From: Mobula hypostoma
Taxonomy: Eukaryota
NCBI RefSeq assembly: GCF_963921235.1
Contig: NC_086108.1
Coordinates: 63,428,001 to 63,492,000, forward strand
Direction: 5' to 3'
DNA: 64,000 bases
The notes beneath the pieces were generated by a model, which saw only the letters and a program-made list of their open reading frames with translations, was not told the DNA's origin and did not search any database. This document shows positions 15,075 to 28,212 of this stretch, one piece after another (position 1 is the first letter of the stretch; every line of letters begins with the position of its first letter). A program made the position numbers and the translations under genes.

Positions 15075-15765
15075 CAGTACACAAATGTTAGCTAGAAAAC
15101 AGATAGGGAGCATACTCTGATGAGTGATAGTCAGCATGGCTTTGTGAGGGGGAGGCCATTCCTCATGAGCCTTATTGAATTCTTTGAGGAAGTGACAAGA
15201 CAAATCGATGAAGTGGTACCTTTGGGATTTTAGGAAGGCATTTGACAAGGTTCCCCATGGTAGGCTCATTCAGAAAGTCAGGAGGAATGGGGTCCAAGGA
15301 AACTTGGCTGTGTGCATTCTGAATTGGTTGCCCACATAAGGCAGAAGGATATAAATGAAGAATATTCTACTTGGAGGTCGGTGACGAGTGATGTTCCGCA
15401 GGGATCTGTTCTTGGATCTTTGTGATTCTTCTAAATGATTTGAATGAGGAAGTGGAAGGATGGGTTAGCAAATTTGCAATCGACACAAAGGTTAGTGGAA
15501 TAGGGAATAGTGTAGAAAGTTGTTTTAGGCTGCAGTGGAGCCTTGATTAGGAAGCTGGGCTGTGCTGAAAAGTGACAGATGAACTTCAATCTGGAAAAAT
15601 TGTGAAGCGATACCCTTTGGAAGTTCAAACTTGAAGGCAAAACAATGTTAATGGCAGAATTCCTGGCACTGTGGAGGAACAGAGGGATCTTGAGATTCCA
15701 TAAAACTGCCATGCAAGTTGATAGGGAGTTAAGAATGTGTATGGTGTATTGGCTTTCATAAGCCG
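15075..15765 (+). mobile_element. Degenerate CR1 RT fragment
   Basis: agtcagcatggctttgtg, aaggcatttgacaaggttccccatgg and gttccgcagggatctgt motifs, with stop codons. Confidence 0.75.
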
Positions 15766-15789
15766 TCCAGATGTACCCAGCGAACTGCA

Positions 15790-16079
15790 GTGCCCAACAG
15801 CCCACCTAGCCCACACAAGCCTAATCACAGGACTATTTACAATGTCCAATTAACCTATTAACTGGTATGTTTTTGAATTGTGGGAGGAAACCAGGCAGAC
15901 TCGCTGGGTCAAATGGCCTAATTCTGCTCCTATATCTTATGATCATCCAAAGGATTCACCCACATGATTCAGAAGGAGAATGTACAACTGCTTACAGATG
16001 GCACCAGAATTGATCTCCAAACTCTGGAACACTCCAAGCTACAACAACATCACCCTAACCTCTAAGCTACTGTTGTGCC
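15790..16079 (-). mobile_element. tRNA-derived V-SINE/HE1-like SINE with a short CR1 tail inserted at about 15893-15942
   Basis: Reverse complement begins ggcacaacagtagcttagaggttag. Central domain tgtgggaggaaacc...acccacatg...ggagaatgtacaact. Confidence 0.6.
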
Positions 16080-16435
16080 AATTAGGTCCTGCGCTGTGGT
16101 TATAAAAATATAGTTTCATTAACATCAGAAGATATACTTTTAAACTACTGAAGAATTCTTGACGAATAAAATTTCATTGCACATTGATGTAATTAGTTGT
16201 TGGGAAACAAATTTTCACATCAACCCAAGTAGAAAAATTTGGCACAGAATTAACATTGAGAAAACTAAAATCCTATTTAAAATGTAAAAAATTGCAGAGC
16301 CATAATTTTTTGATTTTTTTTCTTTATATAAGTTCCATAGAATTCTAAAAATCTTTTAATTGTGGTTACGAGGTTGAAACCTTTAACAATTATGATCAGT
16401 TAGGCAAACAGAGAACCTATATTTACTGACAGGTA

Positions 16436-16655
16436 AACAACAGGAATTCTGCAGATGCTGGAAATTCAAGCAACACAAATCAAAGTTGCTGGTGAACGCA
16501 GTAGGCCAGGCAGCATCTCTTGGAAGAGGTACAGTTGACGTTTCAGGCCGAGACCCTTCGTTAGTCCTGACGAAGGGTCTCGGCCTGAAACGTCAACTGT
16601 ACCTCTTCCTAGAGATGCTGCCTGGCCTGCTGCGTTCACCAGCAACTTTGATGTG
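16436..16655. mobile_element. 220-bp palindromic PLE-derived non-autonomous element with 14-bp TSD
   Basis: Arms 16479-16561 and 16570-16652 differ by 2 mismatches. TSD tttactgacaggta at 16422-16435 and 16656-16669. Confidence 0.9.
16563..16598 (+). ncRNA. Minimal hammerhead ribozyme motif (PLE type), one helix I mismatch
   Basis: agtc-CTGACGA-agg gtctcgg cct-GAAA-CG-TC-aact. Confidence 0.7.
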
Positions 16656-16977
16656 TTTACTGACAGGTACCTTCTTTGGTTCAGTTCACGTGCACGTAAA
16701 TTTAGACAACTGAGTACTTATGGGTGTACTCACTTTGTTTCTCTGACCCTCCATGATCAGTTAAAGATGAGAAACGTAATATCTAGGAAAAGAAGTCTAC
16801 ACTGGTCTTCTTCATCCCAACGTAATCTCCACATTTTCGACTGAGGATCATCCACTTCTGCCATGGTTGCTTTCCACAGAGTTGTTGGTGCCTGTGCTCC
16901 TCAAATCCTCCATTCTTATTCTTTTTCCTCATCAGATCAATCTATTACCTTTCAATTTAATCAGCTCAGGATCATCT

Positions 16978-17950
16978 GAGACAAAATGCTGGAGGAACTG
17001 AGCAGGTCAGGCAGTATGAATGGAAAAGAGTAAACAGTCTACGTTTCAGGCTGAGACTCTTTGTCAGGACTGGAGAAAAAGATGAGAATTCAGAGTAAGA
17101 AGGTGGGAGGGAGGGGAGAAAGAAGCACAAACTGGTAGGTGATAGGTGAAACTGGGAGAGGAGGAGGCGTGAGGTAAAGAGCTGGGAAGTCAATTGGTGA
17201 AAGAGATAAAGGGCCAGAGAAGGGGGAATCGGATAGGAGAGGGTAGAAGGTCATGAAAGAAAGAGAACAGGGAGGAGCACAAGAGGGAAGTGATGGCAGG
17301 TAAGAAGATAAGCTGAGAGAGGGAAATGGGAAGGAGGGATGGTGAAGGGGGTGTGGGCATTATGGGAAGTTTGAGAAACCAATGTTCATGCCATCAGGTT
17401 GGAGGTTACCCAGACGGAATATAAGGTGTTGTTCCTCAACCTGAGTGTGGCCTCATTGCGGCAGTAGAGGAGGCCATGGACTCACATGTAGGAATGGGAA
17501 TGGGAAGTAGAATTAAAATGGGTGGCTACCGGGAGATCCTGGTTTTTATACTCCAAGTAGGTGCTCGGCAAAGTGATCTCCCAATTTATGTTGGGTCTCA
17601 CAAGAGGCCCAATACAAGAGGCCTCATTGGAAGCACTAGATACAGTATATGACTCCAAGAGACTCACAGGTGAAATGTCACATCACTTGGAAGGACAGTT
17701 TAAGGCCCTGAATGGTAGTGAGGGAGGAGGTGTAGGGGAAGATGTGGTGCCTGTTCCACTTGTGAGGATACCCCTATTGCTGGTGGGGTGGCAGATAGAT
17801 GGGGTAAGGGTAGATGTGTGTGAAATGGAAGAGATATGGGTGAGGGCTGTGCTGATGTTGGAGGATGGAAGTAGAGCCCCTTCCTTTGAAGAAGGAGGGC
17901 ATCTCATTCGGTCTGAAATGAAAAGCCTCATCCTGAGAGCATATGTGGCG
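16978..17950 (-). mobile_element. Penelope-like element 3' portion (degenerate)
   Basis: PLE terminal repeat. Minus-strand peptide QDLPVATHFNSTSHSHS. Collinear with 47408-48698. Confidence 0.85.
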
Positions 17951-18149
17951 CAGGGCACAGAAAGTCGAGACTTTACGTTACTGGTTATGCCTCAACTGTG
18001 TGCCCCTGTGCTATTGGGGCTCGACTTCCAGAGCCACCTGAAAAGCGTGACAATGAAGTATGATGGGCCCCTCCCACCAATTACTGTCGTAAAGCCCCAG
18101 TTTTGTAGAGATATGTCACATATCCCGCTACTGACCACACACACACATA
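17948..18149 (+). mobile_element. Gypsy-like LTR retrotransposon protease fragment
   Basis: Peptide QGTESRDFTLLVMPQLCAPVLLGLDFQSHL resembles the C-terminal (I/L)LG.DF motif of retropepsins. Confidence 0.55.
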
Positions 18150-18343
18150 GAAGAATAATGATCAACAAAAGTCAAAGTAACAAGGGGTTTAATAGAGAAT
18201 TTAAAAACTGGCAGTCATGCTGAGACAACTTTGAGCTGAAGATTTCTTCACATGTATGAGTGAGAACAAGATATTTTGCTTTTGACTTCTGCCTGACCAT
18301 AAATATAATTTTTATTTTCCAATAAATTAGTATCCTCTGACAT

Positions 18344-21300
18344 GAGACCATAAGACATAGGAGCAGAATTAAACCATTGGCCTATCGAGTCTGCTTCATT
18401 ATTTCATTACAGCTGATCCATTTTTCCTCCTAGTCCCATATCCTGCCTTCTTCCCGTATCCCTTCAATCCCTGATCAATCAAGAACCTATCAAACTCTGC
18501 CTTAAATATACATACAGTCTTGGCCTCAACAGCTGCCTGTGTAACGCATTCCACAGATTCACCACTCTCTGGCTAAAGAATTCCTCTTCATCTCCATTCA
18601 AAAAGGATGACCCTCTATTCTGAGGTTGTATCCTCTGGTCTTAAACTCCCCCACCATAGGAAACATTCTCTCCACAAAGCTTTTCAGTATTCGATAGGTT
18701 TCAATGAGGTCAGCTCTCATTCTTCTGAATTCCAGTGAATACAGATCCAAAGCCAACAAACACTCTTCATGTGACAAGCCATTCAAACATGGAATCATTT
18801 TCGTGAACTTCCTTTGAACCTTGTCCAGTTTCAGCACATGTTATCTAATATAAGGGCCCAAAACCGCTCACAACGCTCCAGTGCTTTATAAAGTGTCGAC
18901 ACTACATCCTTGCTTTTATACTCTAGTCCTCGAAATTGAATTGAATTGACTTTATTTCTTGCATCCTTCACATACATGAGGAGTAAAAATCTTTACGTTA
19001 TGTCTCCAGCTAAATGTATAACATGCAATCATAGTAATTTATAATAATTTATAATAAATTGAACAGTCAATGTAACATAGAGTACACTCAAATCAGCGTG
19101 AGTTCACCAATCTGATGGCCTGGTAGAAAAAGCTGTCCCAGAGCCTGTTGGACCTGGCTTTTATGTTGCGGTACCGCTTCCTGGATTGTAGCAGCTGGAA
19201 TAGATTGTGGTTGGAATGCCTTGGGTCCCCAATGATCCGGCGAACCTTTTTTACACACCTGTCCTTGGAAATGTCCTGAATCATGGTAAATTCACAACTA
19301 CAGATGCGCTGGGCTGTCTGCACCACTCTCTGCAGAGTCCTACGATTAAGGGAAATACAGTTCCCATACCAGGCAGTGATACAGCCAGTCAGGATGCTTT
19401 CAATTGTGCCCCTGTAGAAGGTTCTTAGGATTTAGGGGCCCATACCAAACTTCCTCAATCGTCTGAGGTGAAAGAGGCACTGTGCCCTTTTCACCACACA
19501 GCTGGTGTGTACAGACCACATGAGGTCTTCGGTGATGTGGATGCCGAGGAACTTGAAGTTGTTTACCCTCTCAACCACAGATCCATTGATGTCAATAGGG
19601 GTTAACCTGTCTCCATTCCTCCTGTAATCCACAACCAGCTCCCTTGTTTTTGCAACACTGAGGGAGAGGTTGTTTTCTTGACACCACTGTGTCAGGGTGA
19701 TGACTTCTTCCTTGTAGGCCACCTCATTATTGTTTGAGATAAGGCCAATCGATGTATTGTCATCGGCAAATTTAATCAGCAGGCTGGAGCTGTGGGTGGC
19801 AATACAGTCATAGGTATACAGGGAGTAAAGGAGGAGACTCAGTGCACAGCCCTGAGGGGCTCCTGCATTGAGAGTCAGAGGGGTGGAGGTGAGGAAGGCC
19901 GCTCTTACAACCTGCCGACAACCTTCCAGGATCTGACAGGAAGTCCAGAATCTAGCTGCACAAGTCAGGGTTAAGGCCGAGGTCTCTAAGCTTCTTGTCG
20001 AGCCTGGATGGAACTATGGTGTTGAATGCTGAACTGTAGTCCAAGAACAGCATTCTCATATAAGCATCCTTCTTCTCCAGATGTGTAAGGACGGTATGTA
20101 GAGCAGTGGCTATTACGTCATCTGTCGATCGGTTGTGTCGGTAGGCGAATTGTAAGGGGTCCATTTTGGGTGGTAGCAAACTGCAGATGTAATCCTTGAC
20201 CAGCCTCTCAAAACATTTGCTTATTATTGAGGTGAGTGCGACAGGATGCCAGTTGTTCAAGCATGTTACCTTGGTCATTTTTGGTACAGGGACAATGGTG
20301 GATAATTTGAGGCAGGAGGGCACTCTACACTGGGAGAGGGAGAGATTAAAAATGTCTGTAAACACACCTGCCTAAGTACTCACTCTGGGATGCCATCTGG
20401 TCCCGCAGCCTTGGAAACATCTGTGTACCTCAGCCTCAGAGATGACCAGGTTGCAGGTTATAACAGTGGCTTTCCTCGGAGCTCAGAGTTAGCAACATCA
20501 AACCTCGCATAAAAGTGAATGAGTTTATCTGGGAGAGAGGCCGTGATGTTTGGCCTTCCTCACCACAGACTCAACATGCAAATTAACCTTCAGGGAATCC
20601 TGCACAAGCACTCCCAATCCCTTTGCACCTCAATTGTTTGTATTTTCTCACCATTTAGAATATAGGCAACACTTTAATTTCCTCTACCAACGTGCATGAC
20701 CATGCACTTCCCAACCCTATGCTCCACGTGCCACTTCTTTGTCCACTCTCCTAATCTGTCTGTCCTTCTGTAGCCTCTCTACTTCCTCAAAACTACCTGC
20801 TCCTCCAACAACTTTCGTATTTTCTGCAAACTTTGCATCAAAACCATCAATTCCATCATCCAAAGTCATTGACATATAACATAAAAAGAATCAATCCCAA
20901 CACAGACCCCTATGGAACACCACTAGTCACCGACAGCCAACCAGAAAGGGCTCCCTTTATTCTCACTCTTTGCCTCCTGCAAGCCAACCACTGCTTTAGC
21001 CATGCTAGAATATTCCCTGTAATACCATGTGCTCGTAGCTTGTTAAGCAGCCTTGTGTGATGCCTTGTCAAAGGCTTTCTGAAAATCCAAACACACGACA
21101 TCAACCGATTCTCTGTTGTCAATCCTGTTATTTAAACATAGAAAGCATAGAATTCAAAGAATTCTGACAGCTCTGTCAGGCAAATTTCCCTTGAAAAAAC
21201 CATGCTGACTGCAGCCTATTTTATCATGTGGCTCCACGTACCCTGAAACCACATCCTTAACAATCAACTCCAATATCTTCCCAACCACTGAGGTCAGACT

Positions 21301-22146
21301 ATCCGGCCTATAATTTCCTTTCTTCTGCCTCTCACCCTTCTTGAAGTGTCAGGTGATATTTGCAATTTTCCAGTCTTTTGGAACTATTGCAGAATCTGGT
21401 GATTCTTAATAGATCAGTGCTAATGCCGCCACAATCTCTTCAGACAGCTCTTTCAGAACCCTGGGCTGTGTACCATCTGGTTCAGCTGACTTACCTACCT
21501 TAAGACCTTTCAGTTTCCCAAGAACTTTCTGTGTAGTTATGGTAACTTCACACACTTCATGACCCCTGACACTTGGAACTTCCACCACACTGCTAGTGTC
21601 TTCCACATTGAAGGATGATGCAAAGTACTTAGCTCATCTGCCATTTCCTTGACCCCTTTACTACCTCTCTAGCATCGTTTTCCAGTGGTCCGATATCCAC
21701 TCTTGCCTCTCTTTTATATTTTATGTATATAAAGAAACTTTTGGAATCTTTAATATTATTGGCTAGCTTACTTTAGAATTCCAACTTTATCTTCTTAATG
21801 ACTTTTTATTTTCCTTCTCTTGGTATTTGAAAGCTTACCAGTCCTCCAACTTCCCACTAATTTTTGCTCTATTATATGCTCTCTCTTTGGCTTTGTCTTT
21901 ATCTTTACTTTAGCTTTGACTTATCTTATGAGCCACTGCTGTGTCATCATGCCTTTAGAATACTTCCTCTTTGGGATGTATTTCTCCTGTGCCTTCCGAA
22001 TTGCTTCCAGAAATTCCAGCCATTGCTGTTCTGCTGTCATCCCTGCCAGTGTTCTTTTCCATTTAATTCTTCTCAGCTTCTCTCTCATGCCTCCGTAATT
22101 CCCTTAACTCCACTGTAAAACTGATACATCTGACCTTAGCTTCTCA
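18344..22146 (-). mobile_element. Degenerate CR1 LINE, split by a Rex1-like insertion
   Basis: gaccataagacatagg tail at 18345. ORF2 fragments at 18598-18837, 20910-21122 and 21406-21606. Confidence 0.85.
18934..20553 (-). mobile_element. Rex1/Babar-like LINE, 5'-truncated
   Basis: ORFs contain [36 protein letters not shown] and WCQENNLSL. (aattg)n tail. Confidence 0.85.
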
Positions 22147-22645
22147 TGTTGAAATAATTGAACATGTTGAAATTATTTTAACACTTTCCACAACAGTATA
22201 GTTAAAATTACATAGAATTAACTGCGTAAGATGGTATTTCTTAACTTTGGCCCCAATATTGTATATTACCACATGTACAGAATTAATAGCTCAATCTTGA
22301 AGCAGGAAATTCGAGCCAAATAAATATCTGAAATAAAACATGAAATGTTGGAAACATTCATCAGGTCAAGCAGCATCTGTGGAGAGAGAAACAGAGATAA
22401 TCAGATCTGGGCATTTCTAGCATTTTATTTTAGAAAGCAAGTTAATTTGAATTCATTGAAACACTAGGAGAAAGATGGATCGGGCAAACGAAAAAGCACA
22501 GATTCAGTGAGGCCAGGGTGTAATTGAGGTTGATTTTTAATAAAGTTGTATAGTTAAAAGATTAATGAGTGCCATTTGAAAAAGAGAGAGGAAGAATAAA
22601 GGACCATATGAAAGTTGTGAAATGTAGATCACAGCTGCAGCTTTG

Positions 22646-23210
22646 TAAGTAGGATGCCGTGCACAATTCTTATTTGATGGAGACAGCCGTGAGAGCACAG
22701 AGGAACATCTGGATTAACTTCTGAAATGCCCGGTTTCGCTGCCGCTGCTGCTGTGCGATTCAGAATCTCTGGAGGGAAGGCCTCAAAATCCTCGGCTTTG
22801 CCTGCTGCTGGCGACCGGGACTAAGGTCAAAGCGTTCAGCAGAGATGGTGCTCAGTGCTCGGTGTTGGAGGGCTGGTCGGAGCTCAAAGTTTTCGGACGA
22901 CTCAGAGTCGGACTGTGGTCAGGTATGGCAGGGAGAGTTTTCTTCCTTCTCCCGTCTGCGTGAGATGTGGGACTTTAGAGAGACTTTGAACTTTTTGCCG
23001 TGCTCATGGCTTGTTCTTCGTCAAGTTACGGTATTGTTTGCACTGCTGTAACTATATGTTATAATTATGTGGTTTTTGTTAGTTTCTCAGTCTTGGTCTG
23101 TCCTGTGTTTCTGTGATATCACACCGGAGGAATATTGTATCATTTCTTAATGCATGCATTACTAAATGACAATAAAGGAGGACTGTGTGTCCTCATAATC
23201 TAATAATCTA
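22646..23210 (+). mobile_element. Unclassified non-coding retroposon-like insertion
   Basis: CpG-rich 5' part, AT-rich 3' part with aataaa and a (taatc)n tail. Possible TSD agcttt. Confidence 0.5.
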
Positions 23211-23299
23211 AAGCTTTACCTGAAATCAACTGAGAATGCTTGAAATGTGCACCACATCAGGCAGTGTGTCTGGAGAGAAAAGACTGAATTAATATTACA

Positions 23300-24845
23300 G
23301 ATCAAATTTCAAAGCTACTTATATGCCACCTTTATATAACCCTGAGATGTACTTTCTTGTGGCCATTCACAGAAAATATAAGAAACTCAGTAGAATCAGT
23401 GAAAGCTCACCCCCAACAGGATGGACAAACAATGAATATACAAAAGACAACAAATGGCACAAATGCAAAAGAAAAAAAAGTATGAAATATGGAGAACCTG
23501 AAATGAAAAGTCCTTGAAAGACAGTCCATTGGTTGTGGAAGCCATTCAGCGATGGGACAAGTGAAGTTATCCCCTCTGGTTCAAGAACCTGGTGGTTGAA
23601 GGGTACTAACTGTTTCTGAATCTGGTGGTGTGATCCTGAGGCTCCTGTACCACCTTCCTGATGACAGCAGTGAGAAGAAAGCATGGTTGCTGCTCCATGT
23701 AGATGTACTCTGTGGTGCTGAGAGCTTTACCCACATTGGACTGGGCAGTTTCCACTACTTTTTGTAGTTTTTTCATTCAAGAGCATTCGTGTTCCCAGAC
23801 CAGGCTGTGGTGCAACCAGTCAATATTCTCTCCACCACACATCTGTAGTTTGAAACAGCAGTTACATCTGAGCACGATGAAGGAAGTCTCCAGCCGGGAC
23901 TTGCATGACTAACTGTAGTGTAAATGACAGAAAGCTACTAACACGATGAAGGAAGCACTGAATACCACCAAAGGTGGAGGATCTTTATTGCTGCCCTAAA
24001 TTCCAGTAGCATTACAGGATGTATTATATATCTATAGAAATTTGTCAAAGTTTTAGATGACATGCCAAATCTTCGCAAACTTTTAAGAAAGTAGAGGTGC
24101 TGCCTTGCTTTCTTCATAATGACACTTGCTTGCTGGAACCAGGGCAAACCCTCTGAAATGATAACATTGAGAAATTTAAAGTTGCTGGCCCTCACCACCT
24201 CTGATTCCCCCCAGTGAGGACTGGTTCATGGACCTGTAGTTTCCTCCTCCTGAAGTCAATTGTCATTTTCTTCGTCTTGCTGACATTGAGTGAGAGGTTG
24301 TTGTTGTGGCACCACTCAGGCTGATTTTCAACTTATTTCCTATATGCTGATTCATTACCATCTTTGATTTGGCCAACAGCAGTGGTATCGTCAGCAAATT
24401 TAAATATGACATTCGAGCTGTACTTAGCTTCACAGTCATAATTATAACGTGAGCAGGGGGATAAGCACACAGCCTTGTGGTGCACTTCTGCTGATGGAAA
24501 CTCTGGAGGAGTTGTTGTTGATAACTCAAACTGACTGGCCTGCAAATGAAGAAACCTAGGATCCAGTTGCATAAGGAGGTATTGAGGCTAAGGTCTTGAA
24601 CTTTTGATGGATGATAGTATTGAATGCTGAACTTTAGTCAATGAAGAGCATCTGGATATATGCATCTTGGCTGTCCAGGTGTTTCAGAGTTGAGTGAAGA
24701 ACCAATGAAATAACATCTACTGTTAATCTGTTGTGATGGTTGACAAATTAGAGTCAATCCATTTCACTTCTTAGGCAGTTAATATGTATCATCATTAGCC
24801 TTTTAAAGAACTTCATCACAGTGGATGTAAGTGCTATTGGATGAC
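23300..24845 (-). mobile_element. Degenerate Rex1/Babar-like LINE, with a probable RTE 3' fragment inserted at about 23850-24022
   Basis: IFKFADDTTAVG and KKARQHLYFLKSLRRFG peptides on the minus strand. Confidence 0.75.
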
Positions 24846-24999
24846 CTTAAAACCTTACAGCAGAACTGCCTCATTCTGATACAGAGTCCTGAAGGTTGCA
24901 ACATGCCAAGACAGGGGTTGAGGTATTGTTCTTCAAGTTCACATTGGACCTATCTGGAACAGTCTCAGAGCCTATTATGTTTTTAGACTTGATTGTGAA

Positions 25000-27122
25000 A
25001 GTAGAAGTGTAGGCTCATGTAGGCACTGAATCTCAAGAGAGAGAATTTGTAGAATGTCTACGAGATGGCTTTTTAGAACAGATTGTTGCTGAGCCCACTA
25101 GGGGATCGGCTGTACTGGATTGGGTATTGCGTAAAGATCCAGAGGTGATTAGAGAGATTGCGGTGAAGGAACCCTTAGGAGGCAGTGATCAAAACATGTT
25201 TGAGTTCACTGTGAAATTTGAGAAAGAGAAGCCGAAATCCGATCTGTCGGTATTTCAGTGGAGTAAAGGAAATTACAGTGGCATGAGAGAGGAACTGGCC
25301 AAAGTTGACTGGAAAGGGACACTAGCGGGAAGGACGGCAAAGCAGCAGTGGCTGGAGTTTATGCGAGAAGTGAAGAAGGTGCAAGACAGATATATTCCAA
25401 AAAAGAAGGAATTTTCGAATGGAAAAAGGATGCAACCGTGGCTGACAGGAGAAGTCAAAGCCAAAGTAAAAGCAAAGGAGAGGGCATACAAGGAAGCAAA
25501 AATTAGTGGGAAGACAGGGGATTGGGAAGTTTTTAAAAACTTACAAAAGGAAACTAAGAAGGTCATTAAGAAGGTCCTCGTGTTCTGAAGGAGATAGCTG
25601 TGGAGATTGCGGAGGCATTAGCAATGATCTTTCAAAAGTCAGTAGATTCTGGCATGGTTCCGGAGGACTGGAAGATTGCAAATGTCACTCCGCTATTTAA
25701 GAAGGGGGCAAGGAAGCAAAAAGGAAATTATAGACCTGTTAGCTTGACATCGGTGGTTGGGAAGTTGTTGGAGTCGATTTTCAAGGATGAGATTACGGAA
25801 TACCTGGAGGCATATGACAAGATAGGCAGAGCTCAGCATGGTTTCCTTAAAGGAAAATCCTGCCTGACAAACCTATTGCAATTTTTTGACGAAATTACAA
25901 GTAGACGAGACAAGGGAGATGCAGTAGATGTTGTGTATTTGGGTTTTCAGAAGGCCTTTGAGAAGTTGCCGCACATAAACAAGATAAGAGCCCATGGAGT
26001 TTAGGAAAAGTTACATACGTGGATAGAGCATTGGGTGATTGGCAGGAAACAGAGAATGGGAATAAAGGGATCCCATTCTGGTTGGCTGCCGGTTACCAGT
26101 GGTGTTCCGCAGGGTCCGTGTTGGGGCCGCTTCTTTTTATGTTGTACATCAACGATTTGGATTATGGAGTAGATGGCTTTGTGGCTCAGTTTGCTGATGA
26201 TACAAAGATAGATGGAGGGGCTGACAGTGCTGAGGAAACGGAGTCTTCAGTGAGACTTGGATAGATTGGGAGAATGGGCAAAGAAATGGCAAATGGAATA
26301 CAATGTTGAAAATTCTATGGTCATTTACTTTGGTAAAAGAAATAAATCGGAAGACTATTATTTAAATGGGGAGAGAATTCAAAGTTCTGAGATGCAACGG
26401 GACTTGGGAGTCCTCGTGTAGGATACCCTTAAGGTTAACCTCCAGGTTGAGTCGCTGATGAAGAAGGCGAATGCAATTTTGGCATTCATTTCTAGAGGAA
26501 TAGAGTATTGGAGCACAGATGTGATGTTGAGGCTTTATAAGGCACTGTTAAGGCCTCACTTGGAGTACTGTGTGCAGTTTTGGGCTCCTTATTTAAGAAA
26601 GGATGGGCTGACTTTGGAAAGGGTTCAGAGAAGATTCACTACAATGATTCTGGGAATGAGAGGGTTAACATATGAGGAATGTTTGTCCGCTCTTGGACTG
26701 TACTCCTTGGAGTTTAGAAGAGTGAGGGGGGACCTCATAGAAACATTTCGAATGTTGAAAGGCATGGACAGAATGGATGTGGAAAAGTTGTTTCCCATGG
26801 TGGGGGAGTCTAGTACGAGAGGGCATGACTTAAGGATTGAAGGGCGCCCATTTAGAATAGAGATGCGAAGAAATTTTTTTAGCCAGAGGGTGGTAAATCT
26901 GTGGAATTTGTTGCCATGGACGGCAGTGGAGAACAAGTCATTGGGTGTATTTAAGGCAGAGATTGATAGGTATTTGAGTAGCCAGGGCATCAAAGGTTAT
27001 GGTGGGAAGGCAGGGGAGCGGGACTAAATGGGAGAATGGATCAGCTCATGATAAAATGGCAGAGCAGACTCGATGGGCCGAATGGCCGACTTCTGCTCCT
27101 TTGTCTTATGGTCTTATGGTCT
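25000..27122 (+). mobile_element. CR1 LINE (partial ORF2 with internal deletion, intact 3' tail)
   Basis: ORFs 25127-25588, 25600-26004 and 26458-27027. Tail (tcttatgg)n. Confidence 0.9.
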
Positions 27123-27320
27123 AAGAGCTAATTTGGAAATATGTTTCCAAATAAGGCTATGTTGGGAACCAAAATACCCAAAAATAAATAAGAATGAATG
27201 CAGGGAATATGAACTGAGAACAAATAAATTTAAGTAAGGAACCTAAACAGCAGGAAGGTCCAAAGTAATAATTTGTTTAAACAAGCAATTTTCTGTCTGT
27301 TTTTCTTCAAATATATGCAG

Positions 27321-27408
27321 ACTTAAACATCAGCGTGTGCAGGAACTGCAACATCAAGTGGAAGATCTCCAGCGATACTTGCAGGAGCAAGGCACTAAGC
27401 CCGAAGAT
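27321..27408 (+). CDS. HOOK1: HOOK1 internal exon (LKHQRVQELQHQVEDLQRYLQEQGTKPED)
   Basis: cag acceptor and gtgagt donor. Peptide resembles HOOK1 LSKERIRELQQQIEDLQKSLQEQGSK (recalled from memory). Confidence 0.9.
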
Positions 27409-27534
27409 GTGAGTGAGTGAAAGTAAATTAAGATTAAATTACGTTTAAAATAGAAAATATAGTTTATTGGACTTACCTTGTTGGAGAACATTTTTCAGAA
27501 TTTATGACAGAGCAAGTGTTGAATCGATGTGTGA

Positions 27535-28212
27535 TGTTGGGTGGAGATGTGTCTCTACCAAAGGAGGTGGGAGGCATTCCTTCCCTCCACTAGCCTGCAG
27601 GTCACCCATGAGGAAGTTAGCCCTGCTTAGTCCCTCTGATCAGGGTCACATGAAGCCGTGGGAACAGGTGGTGGACAGGCGAATGAGCAGCTGTTGCATA
27701 TCGCAAGTGCTGGTCATGCTACCACTGATGCCAGGCAGTCAATCTCTGAAGAGTACTGATAATGGTTCTGTCACCTGTTTTCTAAAGCCACTACCCAGAA
27801 GAAAGTAATGGCAAATGACTTCTGTAGAAAAACAAACATGAAAAAATTTGCAGATGCTGGAAATCCAAGCAACACACACAAAATGCTAAAGGAACTCAGC
27901 AGGTCAAGCAGTGTCTATGGAAAAGAGCAAGCACTCGACGTTTTGGGCCAAGACCCTTCATCAGGACTGCAAAGAAAGAGGAGAAGTCAGGGCAAGATGG
28001 TGGGGAGTAAAGAGTGGGAAAGTTGATTGGTGAAAGAGATAAAGGGCGAGAAAAGAGGGAATCTGATAGGAGAGGATAGAAGACTATGGAATAAAGGGAA
28101 AGATGAGGAACACCAGAGAGAGGTTATGGGCAGATAAGGAGAAAAATTTGCCAAGAACAATCATAAACATGGAAAAACCATGATCGCCCATGTCATATTA
28201 CACAGCGCATAA
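27535..28212 (+). mobile_element. RTE-related non-autonomous element interrupted by a PLE 3' fragment (27833-28139, minus)
   Basis: RTE/Bov-B-like 3' motif aatggcaaatgacttctgtagaaaa|atttgccaagaacaatc is split by the PLE. agaaaaa is duplicated at the junctions. Confidence 0.6.

Noticed and set aside
17561..18223. 220-aa ORF
   Set aside because: It is antisense PLE sequence fused to a Gypsy-like fragment, not a host gene.
1..27320. Upstream HOOK1 exons or other host genes
   Set aside because: None recognised by eye. The short ORFs are repeat-derived or random, so the region is presumably one long intron.
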